35,472 bases of DNA from Segetibacter sp. (lineage in GTDB: Bacteria > Bacteroidota > Bacteroidia > Chitinophagales > Chitinophagaceae). How positions within the stretch are numbered: position 1 is the first letter of the stretch; each line of letters opens with the position of its first letter. Location of the stretch: contig JASLBT010000167.1 in the NCBI GenBank assembly GCA_030146445.1, forward strand, positions 1 through 35,472, written 5' to 3'. The position numbers and the translations under genes are program-made. Under the pieces are notes generated by a model. The model was not told where the DNA came from. It did not search any database and saw nothing but the letters and a program-made list of their open reading frames with translations. This document shows, one piece after another, positions 10,035-19,491 of this stretch.

Positions 10035-10260
10035 TTTTTTATATTTTCTGCCGATATTGTGCAGAATTCTTTATACTTGTCTTAATGAACGATACGCCGC
10101 CATTGAAAACTGCGCTCTCACTGCTATTACTGTTTTTCATTTCTGCTACCACGTTTATTCAACTATCAATTGTTTCAATTCGCACCGGCATATCTTGTTG
10201 CCGGCAGACTGATACACGCTACAAATCATTTTCCGCATACATCAAATCAAAACCTCAATT

Positions 10261-11589
10261 ATGTCAGTTGTACTTGGAGACAAAGAATATTTCAAAGGTA
10301 TCGGCCAGGTTAAATATGAAGGTCCTGAAAGCGATAACCCGTTTGCCTTTCGTTGGTACGATGAAAACAAAGTGATCGCCGGTAAAACCTTAAACGATCA
10401 TTTTAAGTTTTCCTGCGCTTATTGGCATTCGTTCAATGCCGACGGTTCCGATCCGTTTGGCGGACCGACGTTCGACTTTGAATGGAACGAAAAACAGGAT
10501 GCGATTGGGAGAGCTAAAGACAAAATGGACGCGGCATTTGAATTCATCACCAAGATGAACCTGCCTTATTATTGTTTTCACGATGTGGACGTGGTGGACT
10601 ACACGAATGATATCGCCGATAACGACCGCAGGTTGGCAACAATGGTCGAATACGCGAAACAAAAGCAACAACAAACAGGGGTCAAGCTTTTATGGGCAAC
10701 GGCAAACCTGTTTTCTCATAAGCGTTTTATGAACGGCGCTTCTACAAATCCCGACTTCCTGGTGCTTGCTCACGGTGCCGCACAGGTAAAGGCTGCCCTC
10801 GATGCAACTATTGCTCTCGACGGTGAAAACTACGTGTTTTGGGGCGGGCGCGAAGGTTATATGACTTTGCTAAATACCAATATGAAGCGGGAACAGGAAC
10901 ACCTTGCAAGGTTCCTGCATGCGTCAAAAGACTATGCAAGAAAGCAAGGCTTTAAAGGAACTTTTTTTATTGAGCCGAAGCCAATGGAACCCACCAAACA
11001 CCAATACGATTACGATTGTGCTACGGTGATCGGGTTCTTACGCCAGTACGACCTGCTGAATGATTTTAAAATCAACATCGAGGTTAACCATGCCACCTTA
11101 GCCGGCCATACATTCCAACACGAGTTGCAGGTAGCTGCTGATGCAGGTGTGCTCGGCTCTCTCGATGCTAACCGGGGCGATGTTCAAAATGGTTGGGATA
11201 CCGACCAGTTTCCGAACGATCTGAACGAGTTAACCGAAGCAATGCTCATCTTTCTTGAAGCAGGCGGGCTGCAGGGCGGAGGTGTAAATTTTGATGCTAA
11301 AATCAGGAGGAACTCAACTGATCCTGCCGATCTTTTCTTTGCGCATATAGGTGGTATGGATACATTTGCACGTGCACTGATTACTGCCGACAATATTTTG
11401 CAGAAGTCGGATTATAAAAAGTTCCGGCAGGAAAGGTACTCCTCGTACGACACAGGCAAAGGAAAGCAGTTTGAAGAAGGAGCAATTGGCCTTGAGGACC
11501 TCCGGGCATACGCGATTGAAAGTGGTGAACCTGAAGTGCGTAGTGGCAAACAGGAATACCTCGAGAACATCATTAATCGGTTCATCTAA
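10261..11589 (+). CDS. xylA: Xylose isomerase (class II)
   Basis: AYWHSF, CFHDVD, VFWGGREGY, FIEPKPMEPTKHQYDYD, NIEVNHATLAGH, GWDTDQF. Confidence 0.98.
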   Translation: MSVVLGDKEYFKGIGQVKYEGPESDNPFAFRWYDENKVIAGKTLNDHFKFSCAYWHSFNADGSDPFGGPTFDFEWNEKQDAIGRAKDKMDAAFEFITKMNLPYYCFHDVDVVDYTNDIADNDRRLATMVEYAKQKQQQTGVKLLWATANLFSHKRFMNGASTNPDFLVLAHGAAQVKAALDATIALDGENYVFWGGREGYMTLLNTNMKREQEHLARFLHASKDYARKQGFKGTFFIEPKPMEPTKHQYDYDCATVIGFLRQYDLLNDFKINIEVNHATLAGHTFQHELQVAADAGVLGSLDANRGDVQNGWDTDQFPNDLNELTEAMLIFLEAGGLQGGGVNFDAKIRRNSTDPADLFFAHIGGMDTFARALITADNILQKSDYKKFRQERYSSYDTGKGKQFEEGAIGLEDLRAYAIESGEPEVRSGKQEYLENIINRFI

Positions 11590-11815
11590 GTTACCCGGGG
11601 TATGCAGGTATAGTTTAAATGCCGGGTTTACTACCGCTGTTTTCCGGCTGCGGCTGGTTAAGAATGCATTGTTTTTATCCTGGCATGCGGCAAAAAGTAT
11701 TTTTAGGTGATGGTTATGTACCTTCAGCCCGTAAAATAGTCCAATACCGCCTGCAGAGCCGGATCAATCCCGGTTAGGCCCGGTGGTTTATACTTTTAAA
11801 CTTATAACAACTGCT

Positions 11816-12466
11816 ATGAAATTTTTTATCGACACGGCCAATCTCGCGCAGATTAAAGAGGCCCACGATCTAGGCATCCTGGATGGGGTTACCACCAATC
11901 CTTCACTGATGGCCAAAGAGGGCATCAAGGGAGAGGAAGCAATCAATCAACACTACAAAACCATTTGCGAGCTGGTTGACGGTGATATATCAGCGGAAGT
12001 ACTTACGACCACCGTTGATAGCATTATAGAAGAAGGAAAAAAACTCGCCGCGATACACCCCAATATTGTTGTAAAAGTTCCGATGATCAAAGACGGTGTA
12101 AAAGCCATAAAGTGGTTTACCGACAATGGCATCCGCACCAATTGTACGCTCATCTTTTCGGCTGGCCAGGCTATACTTGCGGCAAAAGCCGGCGCCTCTT
12201 ACATTTCTCCATTCCTCGGCCGTATCGACGACAGCGGCTGGGATGGCATGATGTTGATCGACCAGATCGCCCGTATCTTTAAAGTTCAAGGCTACAAAAC
12301 GGAGATACTTGCTGCTTCTATCCGCAACCCTAATCATATTATCCGCGCAGCAGAAATGGGTGCCCATGTTTGCACCTGCCCGCTCGAGCCAATTCTTGGC
12401 TTATTAAAACATCCCCTCACCGACATTGGCCTTGCCAAATTTTTAGAAGACGCTAAAAAAATGTAA
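11816..12466 (+). CDS. tal: Transaldolase (short TalC/FSA-type family)
   Basis: [22 protein letters not shown] Schiff-base Lys; ISAEV (Glu) and SPFLGR (Phe) indicate transaldolase rather than FSA; ATG at 11816. Confidence 0.93.
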   Translation: MKFFIDTANLAQIKEAHDLGILDGVTTNPSLMAKEGIKGEEAINQHYKTICELVDGDISAEVLTTTVDSIIEEGKKLAAIHPNIVVKVPMIKDGVKAIKWFTDNGIRTNCTLIFSAGQAILAAKAGASYISPFLGRIDDSGWDGMMLIDQIARIFKVQGYKTEILAASIRNPNHIIRAAEMGAHVCTCPLEPILGLLKHPLTDIGLAKFLEDAKKM

Positions 12467-12472
12467 GTATAC

Positions 12473-13339
12473 ATGGAACCAAAACAGCTTGACGAAATTG
12501 CCGGCCAGGTAAGGCGCGACATCGTGCGTATGGTGCATTCATCACAGTCGGGCCACCCCGGCGGATCCCTTGGATGTGCCGACCTGGTTGTTGCGCTTTA
12601 TTTTCACGTGATGCGCATCAACGAAACAAAAAACGCGGAAGGCTTTCTGGAATTTTCCCGGCAAGGACAAAATGAAGATTTGTTCTTTTTATCCAACGGG
12701 CACATTTCACCTGTGTTTTATTCGGTGCTATCGCGCAGGGGTTATTTCCCAACGTCTGAAATGTCGACATTTCGTAAAATAAACTCCCGCCTGCAGGGGC
12801 ATCCCGCCACACACGAACACCTTCCGGGCGTTCGCATTGCCTCAGGCTCATTGGGCCAGGGACTCTCTGTTGCTGCCGGATGCGCATTCGCAAAACGGCT
12901 TCGTAAGGAAGACCGCCTTGTATATGTGCTGATGGGTGATGGTGAACAACAGGAGGGCCAGATTTGGGAGGGCGTGCAATTCGCGGCCCATCACCAGCTT
13001 GATAACCTGATTGCGGTCATCGACTGGAATGGCCAGCAGATTGACGGACCTACAGATAAGGTGATGAATAACCGTGACCTCAGGTTGAAATACGAGGCCT
13101 TCGGCTGGGACACCGTTGAGCTCAAAAATGGTAACGACATGTTGCAGGTGCTGGAGGCGCTGGAAGCAGCCAAACAAAAAACCGGCAACAAAAAACCTGT
13201 ATTGATCGTGATGAAAGCCGAAATGGGCTTTGGTGTGGATTATATGATGTACACCCATAAGTGGCACGGAGCGGCGCCTAACGATGAGCAACTCGATATT
13301 GCGCTGCAGCAATTACCGGTAACACTTGGCGACTATTAA
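12473..13339 (+). CDS. tkt: Transketolase, N-terminal (TPP-binding) subunit
   Basis: SGHPGGSLG, LSNGH, LQGHP, GSLGQGLS, GDGE...EGQIWE...N TPP motif, WHG. Confidence 0.95.
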   Translation: MEPKQLDEIAGQVRRDIVRMVHSSQSGHPGGSLGCADLVVALYFHVMRINETKNAEGFLEFSRQGQNEDLFFLSNGHISPVFYSVLSRRGYFPTSEMSTFRKINSRLQGHPATHEHLPGVRIASGSLGQGLSVAAGCAFAKRLRKEDRLVYVLMGDGEQQEGQIWEGVQFAAHHQLDNLIAVIDWNGQQIDGPTDKVMNNRDLRLKYEAFGWDTVELKNGNDMLQVLEALEAAKQKTGNKKPVLIVMKAEMGFGVDYMMYTHKWHGAAPNDEQLDIALQQLPVTLGDY

Positions 13340-13366
13340 TCCTCCTCAACACCCCACAACAACTAC

Positions 13367-14326
13367 ATGAAGAAATATACTTTTACCGAAAAGAAAGATA
13401 CCCGCTCGGGCTTTGGCGCAGGAATCGCCGAATTGGGCAGATCAAATCCTAACGTAGTGGCACTTTGTGCCGACCTTGTAGCGTCACTGAAGCTTGACAC
13501 TTTCATCAAAGAAAATCCCGAACGTTTTATTCAGTGCGGTATTGCCGAAGCCAATATGATCGGTGTTTCAGCAGGCCTTGCGCTTAGTGGCTACATTCCT
13601 TATCCTACTACATTCGCCAACTTCGGTTCCAGCCGTGTTTACGATCAAATAAGACAAAGCGTAGCCTATTCCGGTACGAATGTAAAAATCTGCGTTTCAC
13701 ACGCCGGATTAACCCTTGGCGAAGATGGTGCTACCCACCAGATATTGGAAGACATCGCCATGATGCGGGCAATGCCTGAAATGACGGTGATCAATCCCTG
13801 CGATTTCAACCAGACTAAGGCGGCTACAATAGCGATTGCTGATTACGAAGGGCCTGTTTACCTCCGCTTCGGAAGACCTGTCGTACCCATATTCACCGCC
13901 CCCGATCAAAACTTTGAAATTGGGAAAGCATGGACCGTAAACGAGGGTAAAGATGTGAGCATATTTGCTACAGGGCACCTGGTTTGGGAATCAATCCTTG
14001 CCGGTGAGATACTCGAAAAAGAAGGTATCGATGCGGAGATCATCAACATTCACACGATTAAACCTCTGGACACGCAGGCTATTCTTCGTTCCGCAGAAAA
14101 AACCCGTTGCGTCGTTACTGCGGAAGAGCACCAGCTGAACGGCGGACTCGGAGATGCAGTTTGCCAGGTGCTTGCGCGAAATAATCCGTTGCCAGTAGAG
14201 ATGATCGGTGTAGACAACAGTTTTGGTGAAAGCGGCACGCCGGCACAACTGATGGAGAAATATGGCCTGAATGCCGCCAGCATTGTTGAGTCGGTAAAGA
14301 AAGTAATTGCACGGAAGCAGGGTTAG
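13367..14326 (+). CDS. tkt: Transketolase, C-terminal subunit
   Basis: GIAEANMIG, RVYDQIRQ, GEDGATHQ, GPVYLRFGR, TIKPLD, VTAEEH, FGESG. Confidence 0.95.
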   Translation: MKKYTFTEKKDTRSGFGAGIAELGRSNPNVVALCADLVASLKLDTFIKENPERFIQCGIAEANMIGVSAGLALSGYIPYPTTFANFGSSRVYDQIRQSVAYSGTNVKICVSHAGLTLGEDGATHQILEDIAMMRAMPEMTVINPCDFNQTKAATIAIADYEGPVYLRFGRPVVPIFTAPDQNFEIGKAWTVNEGKDVSIFATGHLVWESILAGEILEKEGIDAEIINIHTIKPLDTQAILRSAEKTRCVVTAEEHQLNGGLGDAVCQVLARNNPLPVEMIGVDNSFGESGTPAQLMEKYGLNAASIVESVKKVIARKQG

Positions 14327-14520
14327 TATTCTGAACTTTATCGTTGTTGTTGCATATGGTTGACTACGGGCACCAGCAGTTAAGCTATGGACACTATTGT
14401 GATCTGCCCGGTGGATCGCAATAGTGTTATAAATGCGTAATTGCTTTCGTGCTATCCGTGTTTGTTTATCTGCATCATGGCTGTTGATTAAGCATTCAAT
14501 ACCCTGTACGCTAACACATT

Positions 14521-14582
14521 TTTTTTTGGACCCGGCTTGAGTGATTCTATTGAGCATCGTTGCGTCGCACTCTTGTGCTGCA
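14521..14582 (-). repeat. ~60-bp dispersed intergenic repeat (family A), uninterrupted copy
   Basis: Reverse complement TGCAGCACAAGAGTGCGACGCAACGATGCTCAATAG-N13-GGGTCCAAAAA. Confidence 0.8.
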
Positions 14583-14729
14583 ATACCAGTATGCAGCTTC
14601 CATTCCTGGAAGGCTCAACCAAACGATGACAAAGCAGTCACATCATCATACAACATTCAACATAATCTGATACCGCTTTTATCTCGTAGTCCTGCATTCG
14701 TACTTTATCATTCATCATTATAGCTTACC

Positions 14730-16220
14730 ATGTTACTCCTTGGCATCGACGTTGGCACCTCCTCCATTAAGGTTTCCGTAGTAGACGGCGCTACCCAGCA
14801 AACTGTGGCCAGCGCCCAATATCCCGAAACAGAGTCGGAGATCATTTCACTGCAGTCAGGCTGGGCGGAACAGTCGCCCGAAAAATGGTGGAACGATGTT
14901 AAGCAGGCAATCATTAAGGTGAATGGTTTGGGCTACTACAACCAGGGCGATATTGGAGCAATCGGGATATCGTACCAGATGCATGGACTGGTGATGCTTG
15001 ACAAAGAAGGAAATGTTCTACGCAACAGCATCATCTGGTGCGATAGCCGCGCGGTGAGTTATGGCGATAAAGTATTTAATGAATTGGGCAGTGAATATTG
15101 TTTGGGTTGCCTGTTGAATTCACCAGGCAACTTTACTGCGGCAAAACTTGCCTGGGTAAAGGAGCACGAGCCAGAAATTTTTGCGCGTATTCACAAAATT
15201 ATGCTGCCGGGCGATTTTATTGCCCAGCGATTGACGGGTGAGATTACCACGACGCCCTCAGCCTTATCTGAGGGAATTTTTTGGGATTTCACCACCCACA
15301 GCTTGTCCGAACAGGTGTTGGATCAATTTGGTTTTGAAGAGACCATTATTCCGGATATCAGGGACGTATTTGCTGATCATGGAAAGCTTTCCAAAAAGGT
15401 TGCCCACGAATTGTCATTGAAGGCAGGTATTCCCGTTACGTACAAAGCAGGCGACCAGCCGAACAATGCGCTGTCATTAAACGTGCTTCAACCTGGTGAA
15501 GTTGCGGCAACGGCCGGAACATCAGGCGTAATCTACGGGGTCAGCGATCAGCTCACCTCAGATCCGCAATCGCGGGTAAACAGTTTTGCACACGTCAACC
15601 ATAATGTGCAACAAACAAGGGTAGGGGTGCTGCTGTGTATAAATGGTACCGGTATTCTGAACAAATGGGTTCGCAATATCACGGGTAACAGTTTATCCTA
15701 TCCACAAATGAATGAACAGGCCGGCTCCGTAAAACCCGGGAGTGACGGGCTTATGATGCTCCCGTTTGGAAATGGTGCTGAACGTATTCTCAATAACCGG
15801 ATCGTCGGTGCACAGATGCTCAACATAGACTTTAATAAACACAGCGCTGCACACCTGTTCCATGCAGCACAGGAGGGAATCGCTTTTGCGTTTCGCTATG
15901 GCCTCGATATCATGCGTCAAAACGGGATGACCCCGACAGTCATCCGTGCAGGCAGGGCAAACATGTTCCTGAGTAATGTGTTTGCAAATGCTTTTGTAAA
16001 TGCTACCGGTGTTCCGGTCGAGCTTTACGAATGCGATGGCAGTGTTGGCGCCGCGCTTGGAGCTGGAATTGGTGCAGGTTATTTCAAAAGCGCCGCTGAA
16101 GCATTTAGCGGACGTGAAATCCTGCACATCATCACCCCAACCCAGGCCGGGCACTACAATGAGCTATACGGTCACTGGCAGCAGGCACTCGAAGCAAACC
16201 TGGGAACGCGTGATGAATGA
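14730..16220 (+). CDS. xylB: Xylulokinase (FGGY family)
   Basis: LGIDVGTSSIK, GWAEQSPEKWW, YQMHGLV, IIWCDSR, GDQPNNA, GTSG; in the xylA cluster. Confidence 0.95.
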   Translation: MLLLGIDVGTSSIKVSVVDGATQQTVASAQYPETESEIISLQSGWAEQSPEKWWNDVKQAIIKVNGLGYYNQGDIGAIGISYQMHGLVMLDKEGNVLRNSIIWCDSRAVSYGDKVFNELGSEYCLGCLLNSPGNFTAAKLAWVKEHEPEIFARIHKIMLPGDFIAQRLTGEITTTPSALSEGIFWDFTTHSLSEQVLDQFGFEETIIPDIRDVFADHGKLSKKVAHELSLKAGIPVTYKAGDQPNNALSLNVLQPGEVAATAGTSGVIYGVSDQLTSDPQSRVNSFAHVNHNVQQTRVGVLLCINGTGILNKWVRNITGNSLSYPQMNEQAGSVKPGSDGLMMLPFGNGAERILNNRIVGAQMLNIDFNKHSAAHLFHAAQEGIAFAFRYGLDIMRQNGMTPTVIRAGRANMFLSNVFANAFVNATGVPVELYECDGSVGAALGAGIGAGYFKSAAEAFSGREILHIITPTQAGHYNELYGHWQQALEANLGTRDE

Positions 16221-16639
16221 TGCATTAATACCGTTTAGTTAAGCCACTTGCTCAATGGATCTGCCAATTTATAGGCTGATGAACAGGCGCCCGGATGACC
16301 CGGGTTCCCACAGGAATGCCACCCGCGCCAGGTTGCGGGCAGCTGCAACAATTTACCATTCAATACTCCGGTTGCATCGAACAGATTGCTTAACTACACA
16401 ACATTGAACTACGATTGATGAATGAGGTTCCTGCCGTTTTTTGCTTAACTTAACGCTTAACGATATTCACTCCGATATAATCAAATCTTCGTCTTCTTCA
16501 GATTAGCAAATTCTGCTTCAGCTCCCTGACCTACATTGGGATCGAGCGGATGAAAGTTTGACCAACCAATAATTAAGGATCCACAAAATTTACCTTCAAC
16601 TGTGTTCAGTTTTATCGTAGAACGGAGTGCCATCTTTCC

Positions 16640-16717
16640 GGCTCCATCAGGAGCCTCCTGTTGATAGATACAAGGGTATAACCGGTTTTCAGGGCTCCAT
16701 AGGAGCCTCCTGTGTAG
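16640..16717. repeat. Direct pair of REP-like hairpins GGCTCC-(ATCA/ATA)-GGAGCC-TCCTGT..TAG
   Basis: GGCTCCATCAGGAGCCTCCTGTTGATAG (16640-16667) and GGCTCCATAGGAGCCTCCTGTGTAG (16693-16717). Confidence 0.75.
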
Positions 16718-16843
16718 CACAATCACCCCGCAATTCAATGAAATCATGATGGTTGATGATCATTCTTCATTCCATGACTTTTTTTTTGTGGGTTTGATTA
16801 ATAATATGCTTGTTATTAGCTTGATACTTTAGTATCGCAAATT

Positions 16844-16890
16844 AAAAAACCACCTCACGAATTGCATCAGAGGTGGCCTTTTTACTTTTT
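16844..16890. terminator. Probable bidirectional intrinsic terminator between convergent xylB and GH43
   Basis: A-run + CCACCTC (16850-16856) / GAGGTGG (16870-16876) stem + T-runs. Confidence 0.55.
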
Positions 16891-16975
16891 AGACCAACTA
16901 ACCATTAATAAGTTAGTTGGCATTCACCCATGCGGGAGTGTTCCCTATTAAACTATCACTTTTAATTCCGATTGA

Positions 16976-18079
16976 TCATCCTTTCTGGAAAGTCGTAATG
17001 GGCTGAATGGTACCGTCGGGATTATACTTTAGTTCCGTGACCTTTATATTGCGCAGGTGTGTTTTTCCTGAAAGTTGTGTATCGTGGTAAAACAGGTACG
17101 ACTTGCCATTCAGTTCAATAATAGAGTGGTGATTCGTCCAGCCCTGTACCGGGTTAAGAAGTATTCCCTGGTAAGTAAATGGTCCGAGCGGATTGTCACC
17201 GGTGGCATAAGCAATGAAGTGGGTATCGCCGGTTGAATAGGAGAAATAGTATTTTCCTTTGTACTTGTGCATATAAGAAGCTTCAAAAAACCTTTTGTCG
17301 TGGTTACCCGCCATAAACGGTTTGCCATCCTTGTCAAGTATCTGCACATCTCTAACCGGACCTTCAAACCCAAGCATATCATTAGTCATCTTTGCCACTT
17401 TTGGTGCAAGTGCGAGCTTGTCATTTTCAGGCTCCTGGCCGTAAGCAGAATCAAACTTTCCCGTCTGCCACTTCTGCAGCTGACCGCCCCATATGCCACC
17501 AAAGTACATGTAGCTGGTGCCATCGGAGTCAGTAAAAACAGCCGGGTCTATGCTAAAACTTCCTTTTATAGGTTGGGGTTCCGGCTTAAAAGGACCGGTG
17601 GGAGAATTACTGGTTGCCACCCCGATTTTAAATTCGTCTTTTTTGTCCTTAACCGGAAAATAAAGGTAATACTTACCGTTTTTGTAAGCGGCATCAGGTG
17701 CCCACAACTGCCTGCCCGCCCATGGGATGTCCTTAATGTCGAGCGCAACACCGTTGTCCTTCACCGGACCGTTAATGCTGTCCATCGATAACACGTGGTA
17801 ATCGGTCATGGCAAAGTGCGAGCCATCGTCTTTCTCCGGTACACCTGCATCGATATCGTGTGATGGGTAGATGTATATCTTGCCGTTAAATACATGTGCA
17901 GAAGGATCCGCGGTATACATGTGCGTAACCAGCGGTTGCGAAAGGTAACGGGTACTATCGGTTTTGCCTCCTGCAGTGGCACCGGAATTTTCAGTGGAAG
18001 ATGAGGTGCCTTGGTTACAGGCAGCAACGGCCAGGGCAATTGCAACCGGCAAACATCGTTGAAGGATTTGTAATGACAT
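16976..18079 (-). CDS. GH43 (subfamily 1-like) beta-xylosidase/alpha-L-arabinofuranosidase, predicted lipoprotein
   Basis: YTADPSAHVFNGKIYIYPSHD, QLWAPDAA, SIDPAVF, GGIWGGQLQ, RFFEAS, YSTGDTH, WTNHHSI; lipobox LAVAAC followed by a Ser/Thr linker. Confidence 0.93.
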   Translation of the reverse strand: MSLQILQRCLPVAIALAVAACNQGTSSSTENSGATAGGKTDSTRYLSQPLVTHMYTADPSAHVFNGKIYIYPSHDIDAGVPEKDDGSHFAMTDYHVLSMDSINGPVKDNGVALDIKDIPWAGRQLWAPDAAYKNGKYYLYFPVKDKKDEFKIGVATSNSPTGPFKPEPQPIKGSFSIDPAVFTDSDGTSYMYFGGIWGGQLQKWQTGKFDSAYGQEPENDKLALAPKVAKMTNDMLGFEGPVRDVQILDKDGKPFMAGNHDKRFFEASYMHKYKGKYYFSYSTGDTHFIAYATGDNPLGPFTYQGILLNPVQGWTNHHSIIELNGKSYLFYHDTQLSGKTHLRNIKVTELKYNPDGTIQPITTFQKG

Positions 18080-18135
18080 AGGTAGTCGTTAGATTAGAGA
18101 ATTATAGGCTGGTTTTAAAGTTTGATTGTATCTAC

Positions 18136-19170
18136 TCACCGTGGAAGTTTTCTCTGCGACGAACCTCTGATAACAAGCTCCGACCTGAGAACGATTGCAT
18201 CCGTCGCCGCGATGGTCGTTTTACCTTTAAGGTGATCGATAAGGTTTTGCGCCGCGGCCTCACCAATGTCGTACCCCGGATAATTTACAGTGGTTAGGTG
18301 AGGTTCAACCACCGAAGATACCGGGTCATTGTTAAAGCCAACAAAAGCGATTTGATCGGGGATACTGATACCCGCGTCTTTAAGAGCAAGCATACAGCCC
18401 ACTGCACAGTCGTCGTTCGCAACAAAGACGCCATCGGGCATCGGTTTCATCTTCCTGATTAACTCAGCCGCGTTTGCACCACCTTGCTTACTGAGATCAT
18501 TTATAATAAGGTATTCGTCTTTAAACGGGATGTCGTTGTCGGCTAATGCCTGTTTGTAGCCCGTAAAGCGGTCCTGGTATACGTTCCGCTTTAGCAAGGC
18601 CGTTACATGAACGATCCTGCGGCAACCCTGTTCGATGAGGTGTTGAGTTGCTTCGTATCCTCGTTTCCGATTGTCAATCAGCACATTTGTGGAATTCTTG
18701 TGCTCGGGTATACGATCATAGAAAATGATCGGGATATTATTTTTGAAAAAAACATCAAAGTGATCGATGTTAAGGGTGTTGTAAGCCAGGGAAACGAGTA
18801 AACCGTCCACCCGGCTGTTAAACATCGTTTTTGCGTTCGCAATCTCTTTGTCGACAGACTCCCCGGACTGGCTAATGATGAGGTTGTAGCCAGATTCATT
18901 GGCAACCTTTTCAATTCCCGAAATGACGCTCGACATGAAATGGCTATTGATCCTCGGGATGATCACACCAATCGTATTGGTATTTTTGCTCCTGAGGTTA
19001 CGTGCAAAATGATTGGTGCGATAACCCATTTGCTCTGCAAGCTCAGCGATTTTTAACCTGGTTTTTTTACTAACAACAGGATCGTCTTTCAACGCCCTGC
19101 TTACAGTGGCGCTGGAGATACGCAGCTTATTGGCCAGGTCGTATATGGTAATCTCTTTTCCTTTTGTCAT
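18136..19170 (-). CDS. LacI-family transcriptional regulator
   Basis: TIYDLANKLRISSATVSRAL HTH, hinge ARNLR, sugar-binding domain (VDGLLVS, FVANDDCAVG, IPDQIAFVGFNN, LTTV). Confidence 0.96.
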   Translation of the reverse strand: MTKGKEITIYDLANKLRISSATVSRALKDDPVVSKKTRLKIAELAEQMGYRTNHFARNLRSKNTNTIGVIIPRINSHFMSSVISGIEKVANESGYNLIISQSGESVDKEIANAKTMFNSRVDGLLVSLAYNTLNIDHFDVFFKNNIPIIFYDRIPEHKNSTNVLIDNRKRGYEATQHLIEQGCRRIVHVTALLKRNVYQDRFTGYKQALADNDIPFKDEYLIINDLSKQGGANAAELIRKMKPMPDGVFVANDDCAVGCMLALKDAGISIPDQIAFVGFNNDPVSSVVEPHLTTVNYPGYDIGEAAAQNLIDHLKGKTTIAATDAIVLRSELVIRGSSQRKLPR

Positions 19171-19220
19171 GTGGATACCTGCATTATTTTGCTAAAGTAG
19201 GATTTTTTAAAAAAATTTAT

Positions 19221-19234
19221 TGCAATCGGTTGCA
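19221..19234. promoter_or_regulatory. Putative LacI-family operator between divergent lacI and susC
   Basis: TGCAATCGGTTGCA palindrome with central CG; flanked by TAnnTTTG-like boxes on both strands (19192-19199 minus, 19251-19258 plus; one mismatch each). Confidence 0.8.
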
Positions 19235-19491
19235 TTTTCCGAAAATTGGTTACTTTTAACTCGGTATAAACCTGTCAACCTTGCCATATGAATAAATTAT
19301 ATCCACTCTCCCGGGGTGCATGCCCTGTCATTTATCAACCCCCTTTATTGCCGTGTCCCTGGTTTTCAAGGGACAATTACCGGTCTACACGCAATATCAA
19401 CTTACAAGCATAAAGGCCAATGTTTCTTTTATCGTTGCCCGAGTGTAATTATTATCGCACAACCCGATACATCAATACTAAAAAATCAACT

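Noticed and set aside
11816..12466. Fructose-6-phosphate aldolase (fsa) call
   Set aside because: Has the transaldolase-type Glu (SAEV) and Phe (SPF) instead of the FSA Gln/Tyr, and sits with transketolase
16481..16747. 88-aa minus-strand ORF downstream of GH43
   Set aside because: Much of it is translated REP-like hairpins; no family resemblance; a degraded gene cannot be fully excluded
19420..19491. Longer N-termini from the ORF track for susC (also GH115 6758, GH67 9944, tal 11783)
   Set aside because: Downstream ATGs give proper signal peptides or family N-termini and follow AT-rich leaders
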